Made by a program: the position numbers and the translations under genes. A stretch of 64,000 nucleotides of DNA from Rhodothermales bacterium. Lineage in GTDB: Bacteria > Bacteroidota > Rhodothermia > Rhodothermales > VXPQ01. The DNA is taken from NCBI GenBank assembly GCA_022825385.1, contig JAJDWX010000042.1, positions 31,406 to 95,405 on the forward strand, written 5' to 3'. Positions 1-8,271 of the stretch are shown one piece after another. Within the stretch, counting starts at the first letter, position 1. Each line of letters opens with the position of its first letter. A model generated the notes under the pieces. That model was not told where the DNA came from. It was given only the letters and a program-made list of their open reading frames with translations, and made no database searches.

Positions 1-2931
1 GTGCGCGTATTGCAGGCGGGCGAACCGCTTCCGGGCCTTGCCGGGTTACTGCTGAAAATTGTTCGGGACGACACGCGGTGGCCGCGGATTCGTTACCCTG
101 CCCTTGGCGCATTTATCCATAACGCGCCAAATAACGAGGATACGATCAGGCAACTAAAAACGCTGCTGGAAGATGTGCGGGCGGAGCGCGTTGCCGATGC
201 GAATAAGGTGCTTCTCGGTACGTTGCTGACGCATTTATATCCCCGGCATTTATCGCCCCCGGAGGTGTGGGATTACCTTTTAGAAGAAGCGCATGTGGGG
301 GGAGACACCCAATTCTGGCTCCATGATCTTGTGGAATTGTCCTCGGACGAGCATGTGGAAGAATTGCTTGACGAACTCAACAAGCGGCTTCCCCGCTTGC
401 GATCCGTTATCGAAGGCCGACACTTTTGCAGTATTTCCCGGGGGCTTCTCGCTCGTGGCCTGAAGGCGCATGGCGACAAACTGGATACGAAACGTTTGTA
501 CGATTGGCTTGACGCGGGTTGGGTTGACGATTTCGGAGGGCAGGACCGCGATGAGGCTGTCGCCGAAATTCGCGCATGGCTGGAAAAACGTCCCGATATG
601 CAAAAGGCGGTTCTTTTGGAAGGACTGTCTCGCTGTTCCGAATCCGACGAATTCAGGCTATGCGCAAGTGGTGTTCCAAACCGTTTGCATGGCGCCCGCC
701 TGCCCGCGGATATTGGCCTGTGGTGTCTTGAAAAGGCTGTTGATATGGCGGACTCGAAATTTCGAGTGGCGGAATACCTATTGAGGGAGGCTTTCCGTAT
801 ACTTGAAAGCCAAAAGGGCGACGAGGGGCTATCGCGCGAGGTCTTGCAAGAACAAGCAGGAAAACACGAAGTATTACGCCCGATTGCAGAGCGACTTTTA
901 CAGCCCCCTCCACTGCCTTCAGACACATTCAAACGGAGGGCGAGCATAATAGAAGAACAGCAACAATTTATGCTTGATCGTTTTCGTTCCAACGAAGCCG
1001 CATTGCGTGGTAGTCGGGTTGACCCCGGTCTGCTTTACGAGATAGCGAGGAAGTATTTTAGCGGGTTCGCGAATTCCGGCGGATTAAAGCTTGCAAGAGA
1101 ACGTCCTGTGATTGTCGAACAGGAAGGCCCCGGCGGCGGGGTGCGGGCTGTCGAAAAATGGCTTTACGGCGACCAAAATTTAACCGAGGCGGCCTTGCAG
1201 GGCCTCTGCGGCGTGATCGACAGGGAAGATGTACCGGATGTCGAGGAAGTTTTAGACTTGGAAAGCGAGCGTCGTATGCACTACCTTGGCCTCCCTTTTC
1301 TGGCGGGTTTGGAGGAAATGCAAAGGACGGCACCCGAGGACGATGCGGCAGCGTGGGACGACGCTCGGATTCGAAAGGCAGTTGTTCTTTATTACTGTTA
1401 CGGAAATCATTTGCATATGCCCTCCGGGCAGGGATATTGTCCCGAATGGTATCGAAAACTTATTGCGGAGCGCCCTGAAATCGTTGCGGATGTGCTGATC
1501 CAGTACGGTCGCTGCGTATTTCGGGGTGGTCATGATTACGCGTCGCCTTTTGTCGATAAATTTCAGAATCTTGAGCGTGATTCCGACCATGCGCAAGTCG
1601 CCAAACACGCGACCCTGCCCCTTCTTCGCGCCTTCCCGATTCTGCGTGCTCCAGAACGGCAAAGCTACCTTTCGCCGCTGAATCATTTGTTATGGACCGC
1701 CATCAAGCATGCCGACAGTTCCTCGTTCCGGGAGCTCATTGATACAAAACGATCCCTGAAAAGCATTCGGGCCGCTCAGAGGGTGCGTTGGCTGGCGGCG
1801 GCGGCTATGGTTTGGCCCGAAGAATACACGGATATCCTGAAGGATTTCGTACAGGAGGATCGGGACAACCGTGTTCGTTACCTCAAGGCGTTTTTTGGAA
1901 GCCGCATTGGTTATCAACGCGATTGTCGGGAATTGGGTACGTTTTCTGTTACAGGCCGTGAGTTGCTCCAATTCGATGCATCCAGGTTCCCATTATGGAA
2001 GTTGCTTATTCGTCTTCTGGGCAGTTCTGTCAGACCCGATTGGGATGGAGACCATGCATCTGACCTTGTGCGCATGTTAATTGAAGACCTGACCAATGCT
2101 CCCGACGAAGCAGCAACCCACGCCCTTGCGCGCCTTGCCGATGACCCGGTGCTGGAGCGTTGGCGCGACGTACTAAAACAGGCGCAAGACAACCAGCGAA
2201 CGATCCGCCGGGACGCTGACTATCGCCATCCTGGCGTTGCGCAGGTCTGCAAGACGCTGGATGGGGGTCCGCCCGCTAATTCTGCTGACCTTGCGGCCTT
2301 GGTGCTGGATCGCCTGAACGAAATCGGCAGCAAGATTCGGAGCGGTCCTACTTCGGATTGGCGGCAGTATTGGAATGTTGATTCGTATAATCGACCGCTG
2401 CGAAAAGAAGCGAAGGGCGCCGAAGATTCGCATGGTCTGTCGCCATGCCTGGAACCGGAAGAAGCCGAAAATTCGCGTGACTTAGCGCCATTCCATAGAC
2501 CGGAGGATGCATGCCGCGACAATCTGTTATCGGATTTGCAGGAAAAATTGAAGCCGTTGGGCATCGACGCCCAGCCCGAAGGACAGTACGCCAATGACAA
2601 GCGGGCCGATATTCGCGTTTCCTATGCAGGTTTCAATGTGCCCGTAGAAATCAAGAAGAACGCGCACCCGAAGCTCTGGAGCGCGATACACGATCAGTTG
2701 ATTGCGAAGTATACGGTGGATCCCGGTGCGGACGGCTACGGCATTTATCTCGTTTTCTGGTTTGGCTCAGAATATACCCAAACTCCGCATGAGAACGGGG
2801 CCCCGGGCAACGCCGAAGAGATGGAGCGCTGGCTGAAAGCGTCGCTGTCGCCCGAACAAGCCCGCAAAATCTCGGTATGCGTTATCGACGTGAGCATACC
2901 CGAAGGCAAATCAGCTGGTAAGCGCTCTTGA
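1..2931 (+). CDS. Large protein, probably 5'-truncated by the window edge, with a long helical region and a C-terminal PD-(D/E)xK restriction-endonuclease-like domain (putative NACHT/STAND-type defence protein)
   Basis: 976-aa ORF open from base 1. C-terminus reads KRADIRVSYAGFNVPVEIKK...QLIAKY...GYGIYLVFWFG, with D..E-x-K spacing typical of the REase fold. No P-loop lies inside the window, so the NTPase assignment is inference. Confidence 0.6.
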   Translation: MRVLQAGEPLPGLAGLLLKIVRDDTRWPRIRYPALGAFIHNAPNNEDTIRQLKTLLEDVRAERVADANKVLLGTLLTHLYPRHLSPPEVWDYLLEEAHVGGDTQFWLHDLVELSSDEHVEELLDELNKRLPRLRSVIEGRHFCSISRGLLARGLKAHGDKLDTKRLYDWLDAGWVDDFGGQDRDEAVAEIRAWLEKRPDMQKAVLLEGLSRCSESDEFRLCASGVPNRLHGARLPADIGLWCLEKAVDMADSKFRVAEYLLREAFRILESQKGDEGLSREVLQEQAGKHEVLRPIAERLLQPPPLPSDTFKRRASIIEEQQQFMLDRFRSNEAALRGSRVDPGLLYEIARKYFSGFANSGGLKLARERPVIVEQEGPGGGVRAVEKWLYGDQNLTEAALQGLCGVIDREDVPDVEEVLDLESERRMHYLGLPFLAGLEEMQRTAPEDDAAAWDDARIRKAVVLYYCYGNHLHMPSGQGYCPEWYRKLIAERPEIVADVLIQYGRCVFRGGHDYASPFVDKFQNLERDSDHAQVAKHATLPLLRAFPILRAPERQSYLSPLNHLLWTAIKHADSSSFRELIDTKRSLKSIRAAQRVRWLAAAAMVWPEEYTDILKDFVQEDRDNRVRYLKAFFGSRIGYQRDCRELGTFSVTGRELLQFDASRFPLWKLLIRLLGSSVRPDWDGDHASDLVRMLIEDLTNAPDEAATHALARLADDPVLERWRDVLKQAQDNQRTIRRDADYRHPGVAQVCKTLDGGPPANSADLAALVLDRLNEIGSKIRSGPTSDWRQYWNVDSYNRPLRKEAKGAEDSHGLSPCLEPEEAENSRDLAPFHRPEDACRDNLLSDLQEKLKPLGIDAQPEGQYANDKRADIRVSYAGFNVPVEIKKNAHPKLWSAIHDQLIAKYTVDPGADGYGIYLVFWFGSEYTQTPHENGAPGNAEEMERWLKASLSPEQARKISVCVIDVSIPEGKSAGKRS

Positions 2932-3005
2932 AGCCGGAGATGCGGAGACGGAGGCGGCGGCGCAGGAGAGGGGGGCAAGAAAATGACGATCCCTTACATT
3001 TTAAT

Positions 3006-3038
3006 TGCATAAAGCATCAAAATTCGATACTTTGCGCA
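3006..3038. promoter_or_regulatory. Imperfect inverted repeat directly upstream of abiEi (candidate autoregulatory operator)
   Basis: tgcataaagcatc-N7-gatactttgcgca (10/13 arm match), ending just before the ATG at 3040. Confidence 0.5.
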
Positions 3039-3039
3039 T

Positions 3040-3843
3040 ATGAAAACGAAAAAGAAACGCATACGCGCCAGAGATTATATCGCCGACCTTGCCGCCGCCG
3101 GACGGTATCATTTTTGTTCCGGCGAGGCGCGCGAAGCGCTCGGCGTTTCCGCGGACGCTGCCAGACTGGCCCTGAACCGCCTCGCCCGGCAACATCTCGT
3201 TGCGACCCCGGCGCGAGGGTTCTATGTGATCGTTCCCCCGGAATACCGATCTCTTGGCTGCCTGCCGGCAGATCAGTTTATCCCGGAGTTGATGGGTCGC
3301 CTGAATCTATCCTACTATGCGGGATTGCTTACGGCTGCCCAATATCACGGCGCTGCGCATCATCGTCCACAAGAATTCCAGGTATTTCTGAGTACGGCGC
3401 GGCGTTTCCTTGAGTGCGGTCCTGTGCATGTGGCGTTCATTACGCGCAAGCGCTTGGGCGAGGTGCCAGTGCAGCGTTTCAACACGCCACGCGGGGTAAT
3501 AGATGTTTCCACTCCCGAGGCAACGGCTGTCGATCTGGTTGGATACCACCATCATGCCGGTGGTCTGGATCAGGTGGCGACCATCCTGTCCGAGCTTGCG
3601 GAACGGATCGATTCGCGGAAGTTAGTCGCGGCGGCGAAAACCGCTCCTGTTACCTGGGCGCAGCGATTGGGTTATCTTCTTGAGCGCGTGGGCGGCGGGC
3701 AAACCGTCGGCGCGCTCAAAAGATATGTTGAACAGGCATCTCGCCGTTCTGCCTTGCTCCTGAATGAATCCCCAGGACAGGGTTCGCATCGCGCTGCCGA
3801 TTGGAACCTTATCGTCAACGCCGATGTGGAGGCAGAACTGTGA
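3040..3843 (+). CDS. Type IV toxin-antitoxin antitoxin, AbiEi family (N-terminal wHTH)
   Basis: 267 aa; RGFYVIVPPEY, YYAGLLTAAQYHGAAHHRPQEFQV, STPEATAVDL, QRLGYLLE; stop codon overlaps the toxin start (GTGA). Confidence 0.85.
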   Translation: MKTKKKRIRARDYIADLAAAGRYHFCSGEAREALGVSADAARLALNRLARQHLVATPARGFYVIVPPEYRSLGCLPADQFIPELMGRLNLSYYAGLLTAAQYHGAAHHRPQEFQVFLSTARRFLECGPVHVAFITRKRLGEVPVQRFNTPRGVIDVSTPEATAVDLVGYHHHAGGLDQVATILSELAERIDSRKLVAAAKTAPVTWAQRLGYLLERVGGGQTVGALKRYVEQASRRSALLLNESPGQGSHRAADWNLIVNADVEAEL

Positions 3844-4631
3844 TTCCACGCGATTACATTACTGCGTGGCGCTCCCAAGCGCCATGGATACCGGATTTTC
3901 AAGTTGAACAAGATTTGGTGATAAGTCGAGCGCTCGTCCTGATTTTTTCTCACCCAATGCTCAGGAAATCGCTGGCCTTTCGAGGCGGTACGGCTCTTTA
4001 CAAATTGTATATCAAGCCACCCGCCAGATATTCCGAAGATATCGATCTGGTGCAGATCAATGCCGGGCCGGCAGGCCCAATAATGGATGCTCTGCACGAA
4101 ACACTTGATTTCTGGCTGGGCCCGCCTAAGTGGAAACAAAGTGCTGCTCGCGTGACGTTCGTTTATCGATTTGAATCCGAGGACGCTCCGCCCCTGCGGT
4201 TGCGTCTCAAGATTGAAATCAATTCGCGCGAACATTTTACAGCGTTCGGCTTCGTGCATAAATCTTTCAAGGTATCTTCACGCTGGTTCGAAGGCGCCTG
4301 TGCGATATGTACCTACGAATTGGATGAATTGTTGGGTACAAAATTGCGTGCATTATATCAGCGAAAAAAAGGGCGAGATCTTTTCGATCTGGCCATCGCA
4401 TTAAAGAAATCCGATGCCAATCCAGACAGAGTTATTGCGGCTTTTTCCAGATATATGCAGCACGGTGGTCATACTGTATCGCGTACCCGTTTCGAGCAGA
4501 ATTTCGAAACGAAGATGCATGACTCGCAATTTCTTGCCGATATCAGGCCGCTACTTGCCAGTGGCTATGAATGGAATATGGATGGTGCGGCGAAAACGGT
4601 TCAAACGCAACTCATAGAGCGATTGCAATAA
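3840..4631 (+). CDS. Type IV TA toxin, nucleotidyltransferase AbiEii/AbiGii family
   Basis: GTG start at 3840 overlapping the antitoxin TGA; motifs FRGGTALYKLY, RYSEDIDL, KLRALYQRKKGRDLFDL. Confidence 0.88.
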   Translation: MIPRDYITAWRSQAPWIPDFQVEQDLVISRALVLIFSHPMLRKSLAFRGGTALYKLYIKPPARYSEDIDLVQINAGPAGPIMDALHETLDFWLGPPKWKQSAARVTFVYRFESEDAPPLRLRLKIEINSREHFTAFGFVHKSFKVSSRWFEGACAICTYELDELLGTKLRALYQRKKGRDLFDLAIALKKSDANPDRVIAAFSRYMQHGGHTVSRTRFEQNFETKMHDSQFLADIRPLLASGYEWNMDGAAKTVQTQLIERLQ

Positions 4632-4640
4632 GCATACTTT

Positions 4641-5300
4641 TTATGACATTCCAACCAACGCCCGCAGCGTGTCCCGGAAATAGCGGAAGCTGGGTGATTT
4701 GTTGGCGTCTACGTCCATATGGGGCGCGATTTTTTCTGCCCATTGGTATTTTTCCCGTCCGCTGGCTCGCCACCCTCTTTTCCCGAGTTGCCTTGAACCA
4801 CCTGGGAATACGGCATCGGCGAGCAGTTCCCAGGTTCCGCAAATGGAATCGTTTACGTAGCCATCGAGTATGCTGTCTTTAGCCCCGGGATACGCGCTTT
4901 TGATAGCGGAAAGGTCGCCGAGGAGCCATGCTTCGCCTTCTTCTATGGCAATGCAGAACCGGGTTTCCGGTTTGGGATCGCACGCATTCAGTACGTTGAA
5001 TAGTTTCGCGCGGAATGCCTTCAGGCACTTGTTGTCCAGGTCGCAGACCAGAATCACCGCGGCCGGATCATTGGTGGGATCGTCTGCAAATCTTTTTCCG
5101 TACGCTCTGAGCAATCCGGGCAGGTTGTTTAACAGCAGTTTACTTCTTGCCGAGCCGGCATCGGTCAGATTCCTGGGTATAGCGCCTATTCCCTTGTAGG
5201 GGCGAATCTCGAACGTGTCCTGTACGCCGACGATTTTGGGAATCAGAATATCGAGCGCCTTTCCCCCGGATCGATCCTCGACAAGTACTTCAAAATGCAT
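4641..5300 (-). CDS. DUF4276-like (TOPRIM/RloB-like) protein, partner of the adjacent ABC ATPase
   Basis: MHFEVLVEDRSG... (acidic TOPRIM-like start), VCDLD (DxD), IEEGEAWLLGD, NKSPSFRYF; starts 4 bp after the ATPase stop. Confidence 0.7.
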   Translation of the reverse strand: MHFEVLVEDRSGGKALDILIPKIVGVQDTFEIRPYKGIGAIPRNLTDAGSARSKLLLNNLPGLLRAYGKRFADDPTNDPAAVILVCDLDNKCLKAFRAKLFNVLNACDPKPETRFCIAIEEGEAWLLGDLSAIKSAYPGAKDSILDGYVNDSICGTWELLADAVFPGGSRQLGKRGWRASGREKYQWAEKIAPHMDVDANKSPSFRYFRDTLRALVGMS

Positions 5301-5304
5301 CCGC

Positions 5305-6567
5305 TCACCTCGCGTCCAGGTAGTCGCTGTACCAAAGTCCGCCGAGGGGGAGCCCCTCTGCAACCATGTTGTTTACAAGCGGATCGTCGCTTGCGCGCCG
5401 TATTTTCGAAAAGCCGTTGGGACTCTTTTCCAGAATCCATACCTCGTTTGGTTCAAGCGCGTCGACCAGATAGGGTTGATGCGTTGTAACAAAAACTTGC
5501 GAACCCCCTCTGCGCTCACTGGCATGTCTGCGAAATTCGTCGGCCAGCGTCTCAAGCAGTTTGTGATACAGCCCGTTTTCCGGTTCTTCGATGCATAGAA
5601 ATGGAGGAGGAGACGGGTCTTCCAGCAGCAGTAAGTAAGCGAATACCTTCAATGTCCCGTCAGACATTTGCTGGGCATAGAAAGGGTCCTGAAAGCCCTT
5701 GTCGTTGAAACGGAGCAGCAACCGGCCATCGCTGGTTTTTTCCGTGTCGATTTGATCCACGCCTGGAATTTTTCCAGAGATGTTTTTCAGGATAGCCTGG
5801 AAACGCCTTGGATATTCGCGCTCCATGAACTGCACGACATTGCCGAGGTTGTCGCCGTGCGTATTAAGGCGTTTCTGGGGCCCGGCCATTGGCAGGCTAC
5901 GCGCCGCATCCGGGGAGAAGTAGCTAAGGTACCATCCCTCCACGAATTGGCGGAAGGCGGAAATACGCGGATGTTCTTTCAAATTGCCAAGCGTGGCGAT
6001 GCCGAGTTTGCGCTGGTCTTCCAATGCAACAACCCATTCCGCATTTTCATACTCGTGTTCTTTTCGTTTCCTTAATGAACTTAACGCCGTATCAAGATCG
6101 AAGCCCTCGTCCGCAGTCAAATTTTCTTTCCAGACAAAGCCATTTCCTTTATGCATAGCCAAAAAAGTGCGATGGATATTTTTTCTTATTTCAAACATAT
6201 GTTCAAGAAAAACATAGGGACGTTTTTTTTCATTAATATCAATAATTATTTTATAAGTAAATGAGGGCTTATTTGCCTTTTCCCTGTAATGCAACTCGAA
6301 TTCAATGGGATCTGCCTTGCCCTGTGTTCTTATTCTCTCGAATCCGCCGCGCCCCCGTGCGTCGCAAGCCTCCTCAACGCCCGACTTAAGCGCATCCGCA
6401 AGAAAACCAAACGCATCGAACAGGGCGCTTTTTCCCACGCCATTCTTGCCAATGACCGCTGTCATGGGAGTAAGCGGTTTGCCCTTGGGTTCGTTCCAAA
6501 GGCAGCCCAGGGTTACGTCCTTGAGCGACTTGAAATTTTTTACCCGAAACCCTTCTATTTTAGGCAT
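5305..6567 (-). CDS. ABC/SMC-like ATPase (AAA_21 family)
   Basis: Walker A GKNGVGKS, signature MSDGT, Walker B CIEEPENGL, H-loop TTHQP. Confidence 0.88.
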   Translation of the reverse strand: MPKIEGFRVKNFKSLKDVTLGCLWNEPKGKPLTPMTAVIGKNGVGKSALFDAFGFLADALKSGVEEACDARGRGGFERIRTQGKADPIEFELHYREKANKPSFTYKIIIDINEKKRPYVFLEHMFEIRKNIHRTFLAMHKGNGFVWKENLTADEGFDLDTALSSLRKRKEHEYENAEWVVALEDQRKLGIATLGNLKEHPRISAFRQFVEGWYLSYFSPDAARSLPMAGPQKRLNTHGDNLGNVVQFMEREYPRRFQAILKNISGKIPGVDQIDTEKTSDGRLLLRFNDKGFQDPFYAQQMSDGTLKVFAYLLLLEDPSPPPFLCIEEPENGLYHKLLETLADEFRRHASERRGGSQVFVTTHQPYLVDALEPNEVWILEKSPNGFSKIRRASDDPLVNNMVAEGLPLGGLWYSDYLDAR

Positions 6568-6640
6568 GGCGTTCTATGCGTTGGCCTGGTTGTCGTATCC
6601 GCGTGGCGGTCCCGGCGCCGCGCCCCCATCCCCGGATTCC

Positions 6641-7594
6641 TCAAAACCAGTACTTCAGATTCACCGTCAGGGCCTGGTAGCTTGCATTAACGAACTCCAG
6701 GTCCGTCTCGAACGGCGTAACCCCGTCGGCGATCACCGGTTCGTGGCTGCGGATGGTTTCCCAGACCTCGCGGCCTGTCACATCGCCAATCAGGGCCCAG
6801 CGGAACGTCACGCCGACCGAGGTGCGTTCGCTCAGCGCATAGTCCACGCCCGCCAATCCCTGGAATCCGAACACCGTGTCGCTCACGCCCGTGTCGATAA
6901 TGCTGGTGGTGCCTGCGGCGGCGCTTTTGGCGACGTCCAGCCAGTCAGGGTTGAATTCAAGTTGCAAATACTCTGCTTCCGGTTTGCGCGTGAACTGCGC
7001 GAAGTAGCTCAGTTTCGTTACGGTCAGGCCCGCCCCGCCGCCGACGTACGGCGTCCATCTGGAGTCGTTCAGGAAGTCGTAGTACGCATTGACGAAGAAC
7101 TGATGCGCCCGGAAGTCTCCGATCCACTCGTGCGGGGGATAGTCGCTGCTCCATTCCGAGTTTTTGTCCCGGAGTACCGTGTTCATCCCCCCGCCGATCA
7201 GTTGCGTGTCGTCGCCCATGTAGCGATGCAGGTATTCCACCTCGAACCGCAGGCGGCCGGTTCTGTAACCGACCATGAGCCCGCTTACCATGCCGGTGCC
7301 CGGCTCAAATTCGTTGGCGGTGATGACGACCGGCGTGTTGTCGAGGCATGCCGGGTCTCCGGTGGGCGGGCTTACCGAAGCCGGGTACAACATTACGTCG
7401 CAGCGCGTCGGATGGCTGAGTCCGCTTACCGTCGATTCGATAACGGAGGAATTGGCGATCCCTATGGACAGGCCCGCATAGGCGCCGCTGGCGTTCTCCT
7501 GGGCGAAGGCCGGAATCCCGGCAAGCGGGAGGCAAAGCATGGCGATAAGCGCGGCGCGAAAGAGCGGCATGGGTTTGGCGTGTCGGTTTTGCAT
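6641..7594 (-). CDS. Outer-membrane beta-barrel protein (OmpA/opacity/P44-Msp2-like surface antigen)
   Basis: Signal peptide (AALIAMLCLPLAGIPAFAQ), NAYYDF..WTPYVGGGAG, FGFQGLAGVDY, terminal aromatic (LKYWF). Start codon uncertain (7636/7594/7570). Confidence 0.75.
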   Translation of the reverse strand: MQNRHAKPMPLFRAALIAMLCLPLAGIPAFAQENASGAYAGLSIGIANSSVIESTVSGLSHPTRCDVMLYPASVSPPTGDPACLDNTPVVITANEFEPGTGMVSGLMVGYRTGRLRFEVEYLHRYMGDDTQLIGGGMNTVLRDKNSEWSSDYPPHEWIGDFRAHQFFVNAYYDFLNDSRWTPYVGGGAGLTVTKLSYFAQFTRKPEAEYLQLEFNPDWLDVAKSAAAGTTSIIDTGVSDTVFGFQGLAGVDYALSERTSVGVTFRWALIGDVTGREVWETIRSHEPVIADGVTPFETDLEFVNASYQALTVNLKYWF

Positions 7595-7750
7595 GGTCGT
7601 GACGATTGTGAACTGGTTTGCAGGCCGCCTGTACAAGCCGAAGGGCGCCGGGGTTTCCCCTGTAGCGGCTTTTCATGGAACCAATCCAGTATAAGTAAAG
7701 CGTCCAGCGCTCCCTACGAAGCGGTTTTGATCGGCGCATCCTAAAATACC

Positions 7751-8221
7751 ATGCGAAGCGTACAACGCAAATTTCTTGCGCGTTGCCGTCAGCGGCTGCG
7801 GCGGCGGGCGAAAGAGGCCCGCATGGGGTTGCGTCGTCGCGCCCGGCAAGGGAAAGTGCGTCTCGGAGTGCCCAACCGCCCCGAAGTATACGTGCGCAGG
7901 AAGCCTCTTCTCACAGAGAACGAACTTCAGAAGTTGCTAAGGACACTCTGATTAAATCCACTTCGCTCAGCGCGTCACGTTTGCCTGACAAGTCGTCATG
8001 CTTGTATCGATGAAATCAGCAGAAAAAATCGTAGATTCGGGTCGTTGGGGACGTGACGCGCCCTTCGGGAGGCTGCGAGGGGCACGCTGGCTGTGTCATT
8101 CCTCATTATGTGGGGGCCTGCCACATCGCTTCGTCATTCCTTGCCAGCGCACCCCTCGCAGCCTCTGAGCTTCGCGGATTTAATCAGAGTATCCTTAAGC
8201 GAGACGCGGGGGGATGTGTGA
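7751..8221 (+). pseudogene. Relic of a TA antitoxin gene (VapB/Phd-like C-terminus) split by a MITE
   Basis: Removing 7940-8197 restores the frame ...GKVRLGVPNRPEVYVRRKPLLTENELQKLL-SETRGDV*, whose TGA (8219-8221) overlaps a downstream GTG start. Confidence 0.5.
7938..8197. mobile_element. Non-autonomous MITE-like element (about 256 bp plus TA target duplication)
   Basis: Terminal inverted repeats taaggacactctgattaaatcc (7938-7959) and ggatttaatcagagtatcctta (8176-8197), 1 mismatch; internal 23-bp inverted repeat 8069-8091/8143-8165; no transposase ORF. Confidence 0.8.
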
Positions 8222-8271
8222 ACTTGTATGGAGAGACAAGCGCCTTATTCTCCCTCATTCCCCCTCGTTGA
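8218..8271 (+). pseudogene. Truncated 5' end of a PIN-domain (VapC-like) toxin gene
   Basis: GTG-start MNLYGETSALFS... resembles the first strand/helix of PIN toxins (Y-x-[DE]-[TS]-S-A-[LV]); it runs into the 3' end of the convergent fic gene. Confidence 0.45.

Noticed and set aside
2928-3039. Poly-Arg ORF start and purine-rich tract after the first gene
   Set aside because: Low-complexity intergenic sequence; the ORF overlaps abiEi out of frame.
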